DNA of 64,000 nt, taken from positions 126,666,001 through 126,730,000 of the forward strand of contig OZ024744.1 of NCBI GenBank assembly GCA_964016885.1. Reading direction: 5' to 3'. The DNA comes from Eledone cirrhosa (Eukaryota). Within the stretch, counting starts at the first letter, position 1. Every line of letters starts with the position of its first letter. Made by a program: the position numbers and the translations under genes. The notes under the pieces were generated by a model, which was not told the DNA's origin, made no database searches, and saw only the letters and a list, made by a program, of their open reading frames with translations. Positions 26,901 through 37,830 of this stretch are shown here, piece by piece.

Positions 26901-26942
26901 ACAATGAATTGCAAGGGATGCTGGTAATAGAAGCAGTGATAA

Positions 26943-27172
26943 ATGGTGTGAAGAGAAATGGAATGAGATGGTTGGGTCATGTGATGAGGAAGGATGAGAG
27001 TGACTGGGGTGAGAGAAATAGTCTGTGATGGATGGTGTGAAGAGAAATGGAATGAGATGGTTGGGTCATGTGATGAGGAAGGATGAGAGTGACTGGGGTG
27101 AGAGAAATAGTCTGTGATGGATGGTGTGAAGAGAAATGGAATGAGATGGTTGGGTCATATGTGGAGGAAGGG
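26943..27172 (+). repeat. 89-bp tandem repeat (about 2.6 copies) of a LINE fragment
   Basis: ATGGTGTGAAGAGAAATGGAATGAGATGGTTGGGTCAT recurs at 26943, 27032 and 27121. It encodes MRWLGHVMRK, an RTE-like motif. Confidence 0.85.
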
Positions 27173-27396
27173 TTATATGTAGATTTTAATGTAAATTTTT
27201 GTGTGAAGAGTTTAGCCTTTACATTACTCTATATATACTATTGTATTTTCACGGTAAACACTTTATATAATAATTTAAATTGTGTACAGTGCTCAGGTGC
27301 ACTACAGCTCGTCAAAGGTGCATGTATAGTACATAGAATAAGGTACAAATGTCAGGAAAGTGAACAGTGTAGGATTCATTATCTCACATAATATTT

Positions 27397-27583
27397 AGGG
27401 CGGTGGATTGGCAGTATCGGTAGAGGGTGGAACGCCATGCTTTGACGCATAGTTACAGCCCTTGCCATTCTGATTTCAAATCCCGCCGAGGTTAACTTAG
27501 CCTTTCATCCTTACGGGGTCGATAAAATAAGGTACCAGTAATGTACTGATATAATTGCTAGCCTTGTGCCAATAGTAGAAACA
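27397..27583 (+). mobile_element. tRNA-derived SINE family B with an 18-bp target-site duplication
   Basis: A-box TGGCAGTATCGG, B-box-like TTCAAATCC and central CCTTTCATCCTTACGGGGTCGATAAA. Flanked by ATTATCTCACATAATATT at 27378 and 27584. Confidence 0.85.
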
Positions 27584-27879
27584 ATTATCTCACATAATAT
27601 TGAATCTATGAGATTTTGATATTATTTATTTTGAGAACAATACCTTAACACCAGTATAAGTAGCCAGTTACAGCCAGTTTAAACAGAATGAGGTGAGAGA
27701 ATTCTGGCAGGATATGGCCAGTTTAAATGCTAAAGCATTAATATATGTGTAAGAAACTCCGTGAAACACTTATATGAGGGGCGTGTGTTCTTGGAAGACT
27801 TATTTCTATAAATTTTGATGTGTACATTTTTGTGTAGATTGTAATGTGTAAATTTTTATGTGTAAATTTATTGTGTATA

Positions 27880-28058
27880 TTGGCAGTATCGGTAGAGGGT
27901 CGGACGCCATGCTTTTCAGCATAGTTACGTCCCTTTACGATCTGAGTTCAAATCCCGCCGAGGTTGACTTTGCCTTTCATCCTTACGGGGTCGATAAAAT
28001 AAAGTACCAGTAATGCACTGGGTAATTGCTGGCCTTGTGCCTAAAGTAGAAACAATTA
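27880..28058 (+). mobile_element. SINE family B copy (further copies at 29569-29725 and 31783-31965; fragments at 34160-34245 and 63945-64000)
   Basis: Same TGGCAGTATCGGTAGAGGG...GAGTTCAAATCCCGCCGAGG...GGCCTTGTGCC..AAGTAGAAACAATTAT sequence. Confidence 0.85.
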
Positions 28059-28134
28059 TATGTGTAAATTGTTGTGTAGATTGTTATGTAGATTTTTATG
28101 TGTGTAGATTGTTATGCGTAAATTTAATGATGTA

Positions 28135-28412
28135 TGGATGTGGTTGGCCTTGTTACGGTGTCGTACTTACAATCACAATGTCGTGTTTTCAATTCCTGGC
28201 CTGAGTTGCGTGTTGCTGAGTAAAACACTTCATTTCACATTACTCCAGTGTATTCACCTGGAAGCGAGTACCAGCAATAGCTGGGAGTTTAATCCTGCGA
28301 TGGACTAGCAGCCTGTCCATGAGGGAGTATTGTACTCTCAGTCGCCTCATGCCATAGAAACCGGGATAAACACTGGTCTGATGAGCTTCTGGGCTGGGTA
28401 CAGACTTTAGAC
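28135..28412 (+). mobile_element. Diverged tRNA-derived SINE interrupted at its tail by a hAT element
   Basis: Degenerate tRNA-like head, then AACACTTCATTTCACATTACTCCAGT shared with SINE family A, then CCTGCGATGGACTAGCA...CATGCCATAGAAACCGG. Confidence 0.6.
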
Positions 28413-28565
28413 CAGAGGTTCTCAAACTTTTTTGAACCACTGCTTCCCTCAACCACGTAATGCCCTCAGTTCCCCAATCCTGTTTCCAGAGAGACACACA
28501 AATTTTAAATAATATATAATAACTAAAATCGTTAATTTATATATAATAAATAATATAATATATTT

Positions 28566-28726
28566 TTATACTTTGGGAGGGTCATGTTGCCAATAAAAAC
28601 ACAGGCACCTGTTGGTTTTCACTTCAATTTATTGTAAATTTCTGGTTGGTTGGTTCGATAATAAATTGAAGTGAAACCAGCAGGTGCTTGTGTTTTTATT
28701 GGCAACATGACCCTCCCAAAGTATAA
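28566..28726. mobile_element. Palindromic MITE-like element (arms about 68 bp)
   Basis: TTATACTTTGGGAGGGTCATGTTGCCAATAAAAACAC... is mirrored by ...GTGTTTTTATTGGCAACATGACCCTCCCAAAGTATAA. A related right-arm sequence lies at about 22500-22610. Confidence 0.85.
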
Positions 28727-28858
28727 CAATATATATTTCAGCACACGTTTTCAGATAAGAAATCTTGCAAAGCAAATTTAAAAACCAGTATAATATATTC
28801 TATGTATAAATAGATATATATATTTTTTATTTTACTATATTTATATAGCTGGTTATAT

Positions 28859-29187
28859 ATGGCTTAGTGGTGGTTAGAGCATTGGGCTTGCAATCGAAAG
28901 GTTGTGAGTTCAATTCTCAGACCGGGTGATGTGTTGTTTCCTTGAGCAAGACACTTTATTTCACATTGCTCCAGTTTACTCAGCTGTAGAAATGAGATGA
29001 TAGGACTGGGGTCCCTATCATTCCACTGCAAAGTGGTCGTGCAGATGCCACGGCAAAAAAGCACCCATCACTCTCTGTAAACGAGGTTGGTGTTAGGAAG
29101 GGCATCCAGCTGTAGAAATCAAGCCAGAATCAGTTCCCGTCCCACCCTTGCAAGCAGGGGAAAAGCAGACGTAAAATGATGATGATG
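28859..29187 (+). mobile_element. tRNA-derived SINE family A, full length
   Basis: A-box TGGCTTAGTGG, B-box GTTCAATTC, central CCTTGAGCAAGACACTT and an (ATG)n tail. Near-identical to copies at 30797 and 31178. Confidence 0.9.
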
Positions 29188-30054
29188 AAAAATGATGATA
29201 TATAATATCATTTGATATTTAATATAATATTATATCATCTCTACCACTCCCCACTGCTCCCTTTGACTCCAGCGCACTCCTGGACCTTCTCAATGTGGGG
29301 GGGGGGGGGGGGTGTAAGCCAACTTTGAGAACCTCTGCTCTAGACTTTTAAGAAATTTAATGAGTGTGTAGTGAATACATGCGCAAAGGCTCGGTGACAT
29401 CAATTCCGTCCAAGTGTAACGGGTGTGAAAACTTAAAATGAAGAGTTTAGTTGCTGCTAGTATTTCCAGCCCGAAAAGACATATCCAGCGCTCCGTCTAT
29501 CACCATCAGCAACTCAGGACACCATTAGCTGACACATTTCATATACCACAACATGGCCTTATTCTTATATGGCAGTATCGGTAGAGGGTTGGACACCATG
29601 CTTTACGGTCTGAGTTCAAATCCCGCCGAGGATAACTTTGTCTTTCATCCTTACGGGGTCGATGAGATAAAGTACCAGTAATGTACTGGGTAATTGCTGG
29701 CCTTGTGCCAAAAGTAGAAAAACTTATTCTTATCTACAAAGCAAGGACTTTACTTCTCCAATGTGAGTAACTGAAAGCTAATATTTACAACACTCATGGA
29801 CTTGAACATTATTTCCTACTGACCTGCTCACATACACCTTTGTTCTCACATCCCAACACACCATCTTTACATTCACACATATTCTGTATTAGTTATGCTT
29901 GTCAACATGACTTAATAAATTCCTTTGTTTTCAATCAAAACACCTTCTGATTTATTATACACCTTTTTATATCACTGCTGACTCCTTCTTGCCACAAATG
30001 TAAATTTAAATGTTTGATTTGAGTTGAATTAATGGCAGTTATGTTATGTTGTAG

Positions 30055-30240
30055 TTTATTGTGAAACACATTGAATACAAATACAAGTTGCCTGATAAAT
30101 ATCATGAAGAAATACCTCGCTACTTCCATTCCCTTGGTTACCCTTTTACCATCAAAAAGAGCTCTATGTTCACAATTGGCAGCCCTCACACCTGGCCTAA
30201 TTTACTCTCAGCACTCGTCTGGTTAACAGAACTTGTCAAG
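30055..30240 (+). CDS. NDC80: NDC80 coding exon 4 (CH domain core)
   Basis: TGTAG acceptor, GT donor, phase 0/0. Translates FIVKHIEYKYKLPDKYHEEIPRYFHSLGYPFTIKKSSMFTIGSPHTWPNLLSALVWLTELVK, with the diagnostic LGYPF..SKS.M..VG.PHTWP..L.AL.WL motif. Confidence 0.98.
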
Positions 30241-30796
30241 GTTTGATATACTTTCATTTCGCGACAACTATATGTATTATATGGATAATCTTGTCATTTC
30301 ATAATAAACTAGATCTATCTACTTATTAAAGTTATATATGTGTGTGTGTGTGTATATATATATGAATGTATGTATAGTATATTTGATAATATATGAATGT
30401 ATGTATAGTATATTTGATAACATTTTGAAGACCATTTGCTATGAGTTTCAAAGTAGTGACTACATCACTTACCATAGCGAATGGTGTCAAAATGTTTTTA
30501 AATAAACATACAGTATATTATCAAATATACTATACTTGTATTCATACATACATCACTATTTCAGAGTACTGATACTAATTCCTAATTTTTGCTGGACCTG
30601 CAACCACTCTGTTTAATCAACTCTTAAACATCACTGGAATTCTATAAGAATCCAGCTTCTATAAACCTCGGCAGAAGCAAAGGGATATTAAGTCTTGACA
30701 ATTGCTAACAAGCAAGAAACGGCCGTCAGTTGCTTCCCCTTGTTTTTGCCGAGACTAAGTAAGTGACATACTCACTACTTTAAAACTCAAAGCAAC

Positions 30797-31132
30797 TCAT
30801 CATCATCATCATTTCATTTTACGTCCACTTTTTCCCTGCTTGCAAGGGTGGGACGGGAACTGATTCTGGCTTGATTTCTACAGCTGGATGCCCTTCCTAA
30901 CACCAACCTCATTTACAGTGAGTGCTGGGTGCTTTTTTGCCGTGGCACCTCCACGACCACTTTGCAGTGGAATGATAGGGACCCCAGTCCCTATCATCTC
31001 ATTTCTACAGCTGAGTAAACTGGAGCAATGTGAAATAAAGTGTCTTGCTCAAGGAAACAACACATCACCCGGTCTGAGAATTGAACTCACAACCTTTCAA
31101 TTGCGAGGCCAATGCTCTAACCACTAAGCCAT
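30797..31132 (-). mobile_element. SINE family A, full length
   Basis: Near-perfect reverse complement of 31183-31512. Confidence 0.9.
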
Positions 31133-31177
31133 TAGCATCCGAATGGTCTTTAAAATATTTTAAAATAAACATACAGA

Positions 31178-31512
31178 GGCACATGGCTTAGTGGTTAGAG
31201 CATTGGGCTTGCAATCGAAAGGTTGTGAGTTCAATTCTCAGACCGGGTGATGTGTTGTTTCCTTGAGCAAGACACTTTATTTCACATTGCTCCAGTTTAC
31301 TCAGCTGTAGAAATGAGATGATAGGACTGGGGTCCCTATCATTCCACTGCAAAGTGGTCGTGGAGGTGCCACGGCAAAAAAGCACCCAGCACTCACTGTA
31401 AATGAGGTTGGTGTTAGGAAGGGCATCCAGCTGTAGAAATCAAGCCAGAATCGGTTCCCGTCCCACCCCTGCAAGCAGGGAAAAGTGGACGTAAAATGAT
31501 AATGATGATGAT
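31178..31512 (+). mobile_element. SINE family A, full length
   Basis: Same head, body and (ATG)n tail. It is inserted in a sequence whose empty paralog is at about 30495-30585. Confidence 0.9.
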
Positions 31513-32399
31513 ATATTATCAAATATACTATACATACATTCATACATACATGGCTATTTCAGAGCACCTATACTGATTCCTAATATATATAGGCATTAAG
31601 GTGTAAATTAATTGCGTCGATAGGTAGTATGAAACATATCTGAGGAGCTTCTGATTCCAGAGTCAGGTTCGATCATTAATAGATCGTTCCTTGAGCTGAC
31701 CGGCAGTGAAACATATGTAATATGTAATTAAACATGTATTTGATGCAACACTGATTCTTTGTTCCCTTATATATTAATATATGGTGGACTGGCAGTATCG
31801 GTAGAGGGTCGGACGCCATGCTTTCCAGCATAGAGTTATGTCCCTTTACGGTCTGAGTTCAAATCCCGTCGAGGTTAACTTTGCTTTTCATCCTTACGGG
31901 GTCGATAAAGTACCAGTAATGTACTGGGTAATTGCTGGCCTTGTGCCAAATGTAGAAACAATTATATTATATATATGTATATGTTATATGTATATATATT
32001 ATATATATGTATATGTTATATGTATATATTATATATATATATATATATGTTATCATCATCATCATCATTTCATTTTACATCCGCTTTTTCCCTGCTTGCA
32101 AGGGTGGGACGGGAACTGATATGTATATATATTATATATATATGTTATATGTATATATTATATGTATATATTATATGTATGTGTACAATCCAATCCCAAA
32201 AGAGAAAGTAGAGATTAGTTTGTGAAATTTAAATGCCCCTTTCTTAAACACTCTCATCCCTTTATCTTGCTGTCAATATTCACCATTTCCTGTGTATATA
32301 TGTATGTATGTATATATGTGTGTGTGTGTATGCTTTAATTCCTTTAAATCATCAACACTCCTTCACTCCCACACTCATTAACACCAGACCCCACCCCAG

Positions 32400-33772
32400 A
32401 CACATCCAAATATCTCTTATATATAGTCACATCACAACACAACCTGATCTCTCTTATATATAGAGTCACACATCACAACACATCCAAATATCTCTTATAT
32501 ATAGAGTCACACATCACAACACAATCTGATCTCTCTTATATATAGAGTCACACATCACAACACAACCTCATATCTCTTATATATAGAGTCACACATCACA
32601 ACACAACCTCATATCTCTTATATATAGTCACACATCACAACACAACCTGATCTCTCTTATATATAGTCACACATCACAACACAACCTGATCTCTCTTATA
32701 TATAGTCACACATCACAACACAACCTCATATCTCTTATATATAGAGTCACACATCACAACACAACCTCATCTCTCTTATATAGAGTCACACATCACAACA
32801 CAACCTGATCTCTCTTATATATTGAGTCAAACATCACAACACAACCTGATCTCTCTTATATATAGTCACACATCACAACACAACCTCATCTCTCTTATAT
32901 ATAGTCACACATCACAACACAACCTGATCTCTCTTATATATTGAGTCACACATCACAACACAACCTGATCTCTCTTATATATAGTCACACATCACAACAC
33001 AACCTGATCTCTCTTATATATAGTCACACATCACAACACAACCTGATCTCTCTTATATAAAGAGTCACACATCACAACACAACCTCATCTCTCTTATATA
33101 TAGTCACACATCACAACACAACCTGATCTCTCTTATATATAGAGTCACACATCACAACACAACCTGATCTCTCTTATATATTGAGTCAAACATCACAACA
33201 CAACCTGATCTCTCTTATATAAAGAGTCACACATCACAACACAACCTGATCTCTCTTATATATAGTCACACATCACAACACAACCTCATCTCTCTTATAT
33301 ATAGTCACACATCACAACACAACCTGATCTCTCTTATATATTGAGTCACACATCACAACACAACCTGATCTCTCTTATATATAGTCACACATCACAACAC
33401 AACCTGATCTCTCTTATATATAGTCACACATCACAACAACCTCATCTCTCTTATATATAGAGTCACACATCACAACACAACCTGATCTCTCTTATATATA
33501 GAGTCACACATCACAACACAACCTGATCTCTCTTATATATAGTCACACATCACAACACAACCTGATCTCTCTTATATATAGTCACACATCACAACACAAC
33601 CTGATCTCTCTTATATATAGAGTCACACATCACAACACAACCTGATCTCTCTTATATATAGAGTCACACATCACAACACAACCTGATCTCTCTTATATAT
33701 TGAGTCACACATCACAACACAACCTGATCTCTCTTATATATTGAGTCACACATCACAACACAACCTGATCTC
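32400..33772. repeat. 39-41-bp minisatellite, about 34 copies
   Basis: Unit GTCACACATCACAACACAACCTGATCTCTCTTATATATA(GA). Confidence 0.97.
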
Positions 33773-34340
33773 AGTTTGACAATTGCCACAGACAGACGAA
33801 TGCAAGAAAATTCTCCAACAAAGTTAACCAGGAATCTTTAAAATTCCTCCCACCGAAGTTAACAAGGAACTTACTACATCTACCAACTCATAATATTATA
33901 ATATTATAAAATTAAATCAAATTATTTAACACTACAAGTGAAGTCATTCTTTCCCTTTTTTTCAAATATATATATATATATACACAGTTCAAGAGTAACC
34001 AATCTTAAAGAGAGAGATAGGAGAGGAGAGATTGGTGAGTTAGTTAGAAGCCAAAGCGTAAAGGCATGTGCTCAATGTGCAATATGCAGTAGAAAGCAGC
34101 TAGGTGGCTGGGTTCATGCAGAAGTTAGGTGCGCAGAGCTGGAAATATTATTATTATTATTCTTACGGGGTCGATAAAATAAAGTACCAGTAATGCACTG
34201 GGTATTTGATGGCCTTGTGCCAAAAGTAGAAACAATTATTATTATTATTCTCTACATTCCTTACATCAAACTAAAATATGTTGACAATCTTTTAATAATG
34301 TCTTCCTTGTGAAATTTGTGGCCTTGTTTTGCTTAACTAA

Positions 34341-34390
<50 letters not shown>

Positions 34391-34506
34391 AAGAAAAAAA
34401 GATGAAATCGAAAATGCAACTGGAGTCTTATTTTTAAAAAAAATATATATATTTATTTGGTTCCTTTACCGGTTTCACAGTTCTTCTGCTTTTCAAAAGT
34501 AGAGTT

Positions 34507-34566
34507 GAGATGGAGGGTCTGTGGTTTTTCTCACAGATGTGAGAAAAACCGCAAACCCTCCATCTC
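34507..34566. other. Near-perfect 60-nt hairpin between (TA)n tracts
   Basis: GAGATGGAGGGTCTGTGGTTTTTCTCACA-GA-TGTGAGAAAAACCGCAAACCCTCCATCTC. Confidence 0.9.
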
Positions 34567-34655
34567 TTTTTCTTTATACTTTCACTCGTGTAGGACACCT
34601 CGGTTATTTTTCATTTTGTAAAAAAAACGTCCCTTTCTAATATATATATATATAT

Positions 34656-34770
34656 ATATGAATAAAGTTAGTCCTTCATCAGTGATCTTCCAACCATCAT
34701 TGGTATTTCATCGCTTTAAAGACCAATGATGGTTGGAAGATCACTGATGAAGGACTAACTTTATTCATAT
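34656..34770. other. Perfect 49-bp inverted repeat with a 17-nt spacer
   Basis: Arms 34656-34704 and 34722-34770 are exact reverse complements. Confidence 0.95.
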
Positions 34771-34821
34771 GTAACCCATTAGCAACCACGCAGCACGTTT
34801 ATTTTCATATATATATATATA

Positions 34822-34860
<39 letters not shown>

Positions 34861-34863
34861 CAG

Positions 34864-34941
34864 GCAGGTCTGTCTTTAAATCAAGAAATTGATGACATCA
34901 TCTTTCATCAAGAAGATTCTGATAATTCATCAGATTCACTG
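34864..34941 (+). CDS. NDC80: NDC80 coding exon 5 (acidic linker after the CH domain)
   Basis: (CT)n tract plus CCCCAG acceptor, GTGAGT donor, phase 0/0. The open frame AGLSLNQEIDDIIFHQEDSDNSSDSL is positionally equivalent to the acidic linker of Ndc80. Confidence 0.8.
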
Positions 34942-35059
34942 GTGAGTAGAGCTGGTTTCATTCTTTTACTGGTTTCAGTCACATGACTGTGGCCATGCTT
35001 GGGCACCACCTCCTTTTGAGATAAATATAAACACTTTAACCCTTTCGTTTAGAGAAAAT

Positions 35060-35131
35060 TACCGTCCTGTACCGCCATGTGCCGTCTGTAATGTTTTACT
35101 TGATGTCAGCCCTTGTGGCCAATAAAGAAAT
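35060..35131 (+). mobile_element. Isolated 3' tail of a Tx1-type element
   Basis: TACCGTCCTGTA...CCCTTGTGGCCAATAAAGAAA followed by (CAT)(TAT)n, like the tails at 41400-41475 and 42236-42310. Confidence 0.7.
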
Positions 35132-35443
35132 CATCATTATTATTATTGTTATTGTTGTTGTGCCAAAATAGAAACAATTATTATTATTATTATTTGGACA
35201 GGTGTTTGTTTCCAGTGAACCAACGGAAAGTACCCCAGTAAAACATCCACCCGCCGAATCTAACGATTCATCTCCATTGGCAACAGGCAGGGGACAAGCT
35301 GACCGGGAGAACTACATACAGATTGATGTCACCCCACCTGTAGCTATGAAGGCCTTGAGAAGGAACCGCAAGCGAAAGCCCCTGGAAACTTCCCCTCAGG
35401 TAAAATTTCAGACAAACCAGGTGTAATTGCCACTTTTGAAAAA

Positions 35444-35486
<43 letters not shown>

Positions 35487-35701
35487 GAATGCTATGGTTG
35501 ACGGAGGCTCGGCTCTGTAAGGTATTGTAAATTTTGAACACTATAACAATTGTAAATTGTTTAAAACTTTAACGAACTTGTAGACAAAAACACCCTCCTC
35601 CTCGTGAGAGGGGTCTTTCTGCCCGTTATTTGGCCCTTCGGGGTTAAATAACTGCTTATTGGGGTTTTGTACCCAATATTTATTTTAAACAAAAAAAAAA
35701 C

Positions 35702-37795
35702 ATGGCTACGAAAAAGAAATTTCATAGGTCACTCCCACTCATTCCGTCTTCTTCTTCCTCAATCATCACTACAGCAGAGAGAAGATTGTCTCTCTACCTC
35801 CCTTCTTTAAATGTGCCTCTCTCCCTCCCTTCTCTTTCGCAAGCGACGAAAGAAAAGAAAAGTCTCGTGCAAGGCGTGCAATGTTTCTCCACGACGACGA
35901 CGACAGCGACGAAGCAGGTATGCGGGAAATACGAAAACCCAGTTCATTCGTCTGACGTCAGGAATAATAGCAGTAGCAGCCGTAATAACAACAGCAACAG
36001 TGACAATGAAAACAACAGTAGCAGCCGCAACAGCATCACCAGCAGCATAAACAACAACAGCATTAGCAGCAGCAACACCAACAACAACCACAGCAACAGC
36101 GGCGGAGGCAGTAGTCGTAATACCTGCAGCAACAACAAAAGTAACAGCAGCTCTGACGACAACAACAACAACAGCAGCAAAGAAAAACCAATCTCATTTG
36201 CAGGTATTGCGAAAAACTTGGAAACAATCCTCATAACAAATGAGGAATTAGAGGAAGCGAAGAAGATGGTGACAAAGACTGGACACCGAGCAATCTGCAA
36301 GGCAGCGGAAACATTTTTCGAAACCCAACAGCACTGTACGGTCACGTACCGTACAGTAAGTACAAAATCCCGTAGGGTGGAAAGAGCCACAGAGGCTCAA
36401 ATACAAAAAGCCTTGGGGTCTGTGTGGCAGCGGAAAACGCACATCACCCGAGGCAAGAAATATGCCACCGTAGACGTACTTTTGGCCACACCCCAGGAGG
36501 CAAAGGCCCAATCCGTAGTGACCCTAAGGAGCGAGGAAATGGTGTTGGTGCCCTCCTACTGCGGGAAAAAAATTGTGAGGGTCAAACTGACCCCCCCCCC
36601 CCCCGGGATGGCCCCTTCTTAGCTGGCCGCGTCTGTCCTCGTCGGAATCGAGGACAAAACAACTGTACTGCAAGTACAGAAAAAAAGTAAGAGAAGATTG
36701 GGTCGGCACCTCCATTGAGATGCTAATCCAAACCAACCAGGAGTGCATCGAAGCTATCCCGGATGTGATAGACTTCGATAACGGCACTCAACTGCCCATA
36801 AGTGTTGAGGGAAAACGCCCGAAATGCTTTCGCTGTGGATCGAAGACTCACCCCAGGGCCTTCTGCAACGAGAAGACCCTGAGAAAGGAGAAAACCCCCC
36901 TCCTTCCGAACCGGCTCCACGGCTACCAGCAACAGGACAAGCGGCAACCAGGAACGATAGGTCCGTGGCACCCATACCCACGCCACGGAAATCAAAAACA
37001 GCAGCAGCAGTGGAAATATTAACAACAACAACAGCAATACCAAATGCAGCTGCAACAGAGACTCCAGTGCAAACATCACCAACAACAACAAGTGAAAGAG
37101 TGGAGCTGGTACCCCTCCCCGACCTCACAGAATCAGACATGGAGTGTGAGGTGGAAGAGGGATAACAAAAGGTCGTAAGAAGGCACAAACGCAGAAGCAG
37201 CGCATCGTCGCCTTTGAAAAGGGAGGAAAGAAATGAGAAAAGGGTAAAGTCTACTGCAAAGAGACCCACAGCAGCAACACCACCATCACCACCCACACTA
37301 GCACCACCATCACCACCGACGACAACCCCACCGCCAACAACACCTTCAACACCACCACCACAAGCACCAACATCGCAAACACAACAACAAGACACACACA
37401 CCAAGCAACAACGACAAGAAAATAGCAGAACCACACCCCACTCCAAGAAAAACAAATGCACGGCAATAAATACACACAACAAGAAACTAATGACTTACAT
37501 AATTGAACACACAGACATTTCACAATATTACATAATACCAGCACCAATCAAAACGCCAACTAACATAAGACTGCTAAAAATAGCACAGAAACAATACACA
37601 AACATTAAAACGAAATTCCCCAACGCAGTTGGTGATTTCAGGGACCTAGGCGGAACTATCAATCGAAGAGTATATTCAGACATTCTCATAGAAGAGCCGA
37701 CGACCAGCCGAAGGGACGATTCAACGGTCCCTTCACCAGACGATCAAGTGAAAAGGGATGTAAAAACCATCCCTCCTCTACGAAAAGTACGGTAA
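35702..37795 (+). pseudogene. Tx1-type ORF1 (gag-like), disrupted
   Basis: ATG follows AAACAAAAAAAAAAC. Asn/Ser-rich N-terminus, CFRCGSKTHPRAFC (CX2CX4HX4C) at about 36824-36866 and a Pro/Thr-rich C-terminal part. TAG at 36620 and frameshifts in homopolymer runs. Confidence 0.8.
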
Positions 37796-37830
37796 GTCGT
37801 CTTTCCCATCTTTTCCACTCTATTTTAAAC

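Larger units (their letters stand above)
28413..29337. mobile_element. hAT-type non-autonomous transposon with a nested palindromic element and a nested SINE
   Basis: Perfect 14-bp TIRs CAGAGGTTCTCAAA / TTTGAGAACCTCTG and an 8-bp TSD CTTTAGAC / CTCTAGAC. Confidence 0.9.

Noticed and set aside
26293-26904. ORFs over the GA-rich minisatellite
   Set aside because: Unit lengths vary out of frame and the sequence is low complexity.
28859-31512. tRNA genes and the repeated ORF LQLSKLEQCEIKCLAQG
   Set aside because: The A/B boxes belong to SINE heads that continue into SINE bodies, and the ORFs are antisense SINE translations.
1-34941. Functional link between a centromere-like satellite and the adjacent kinetochore gene
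   Set aside because: Proximity alone gives no mechanism, and the sequence offers no evidence that the array is centromeric.
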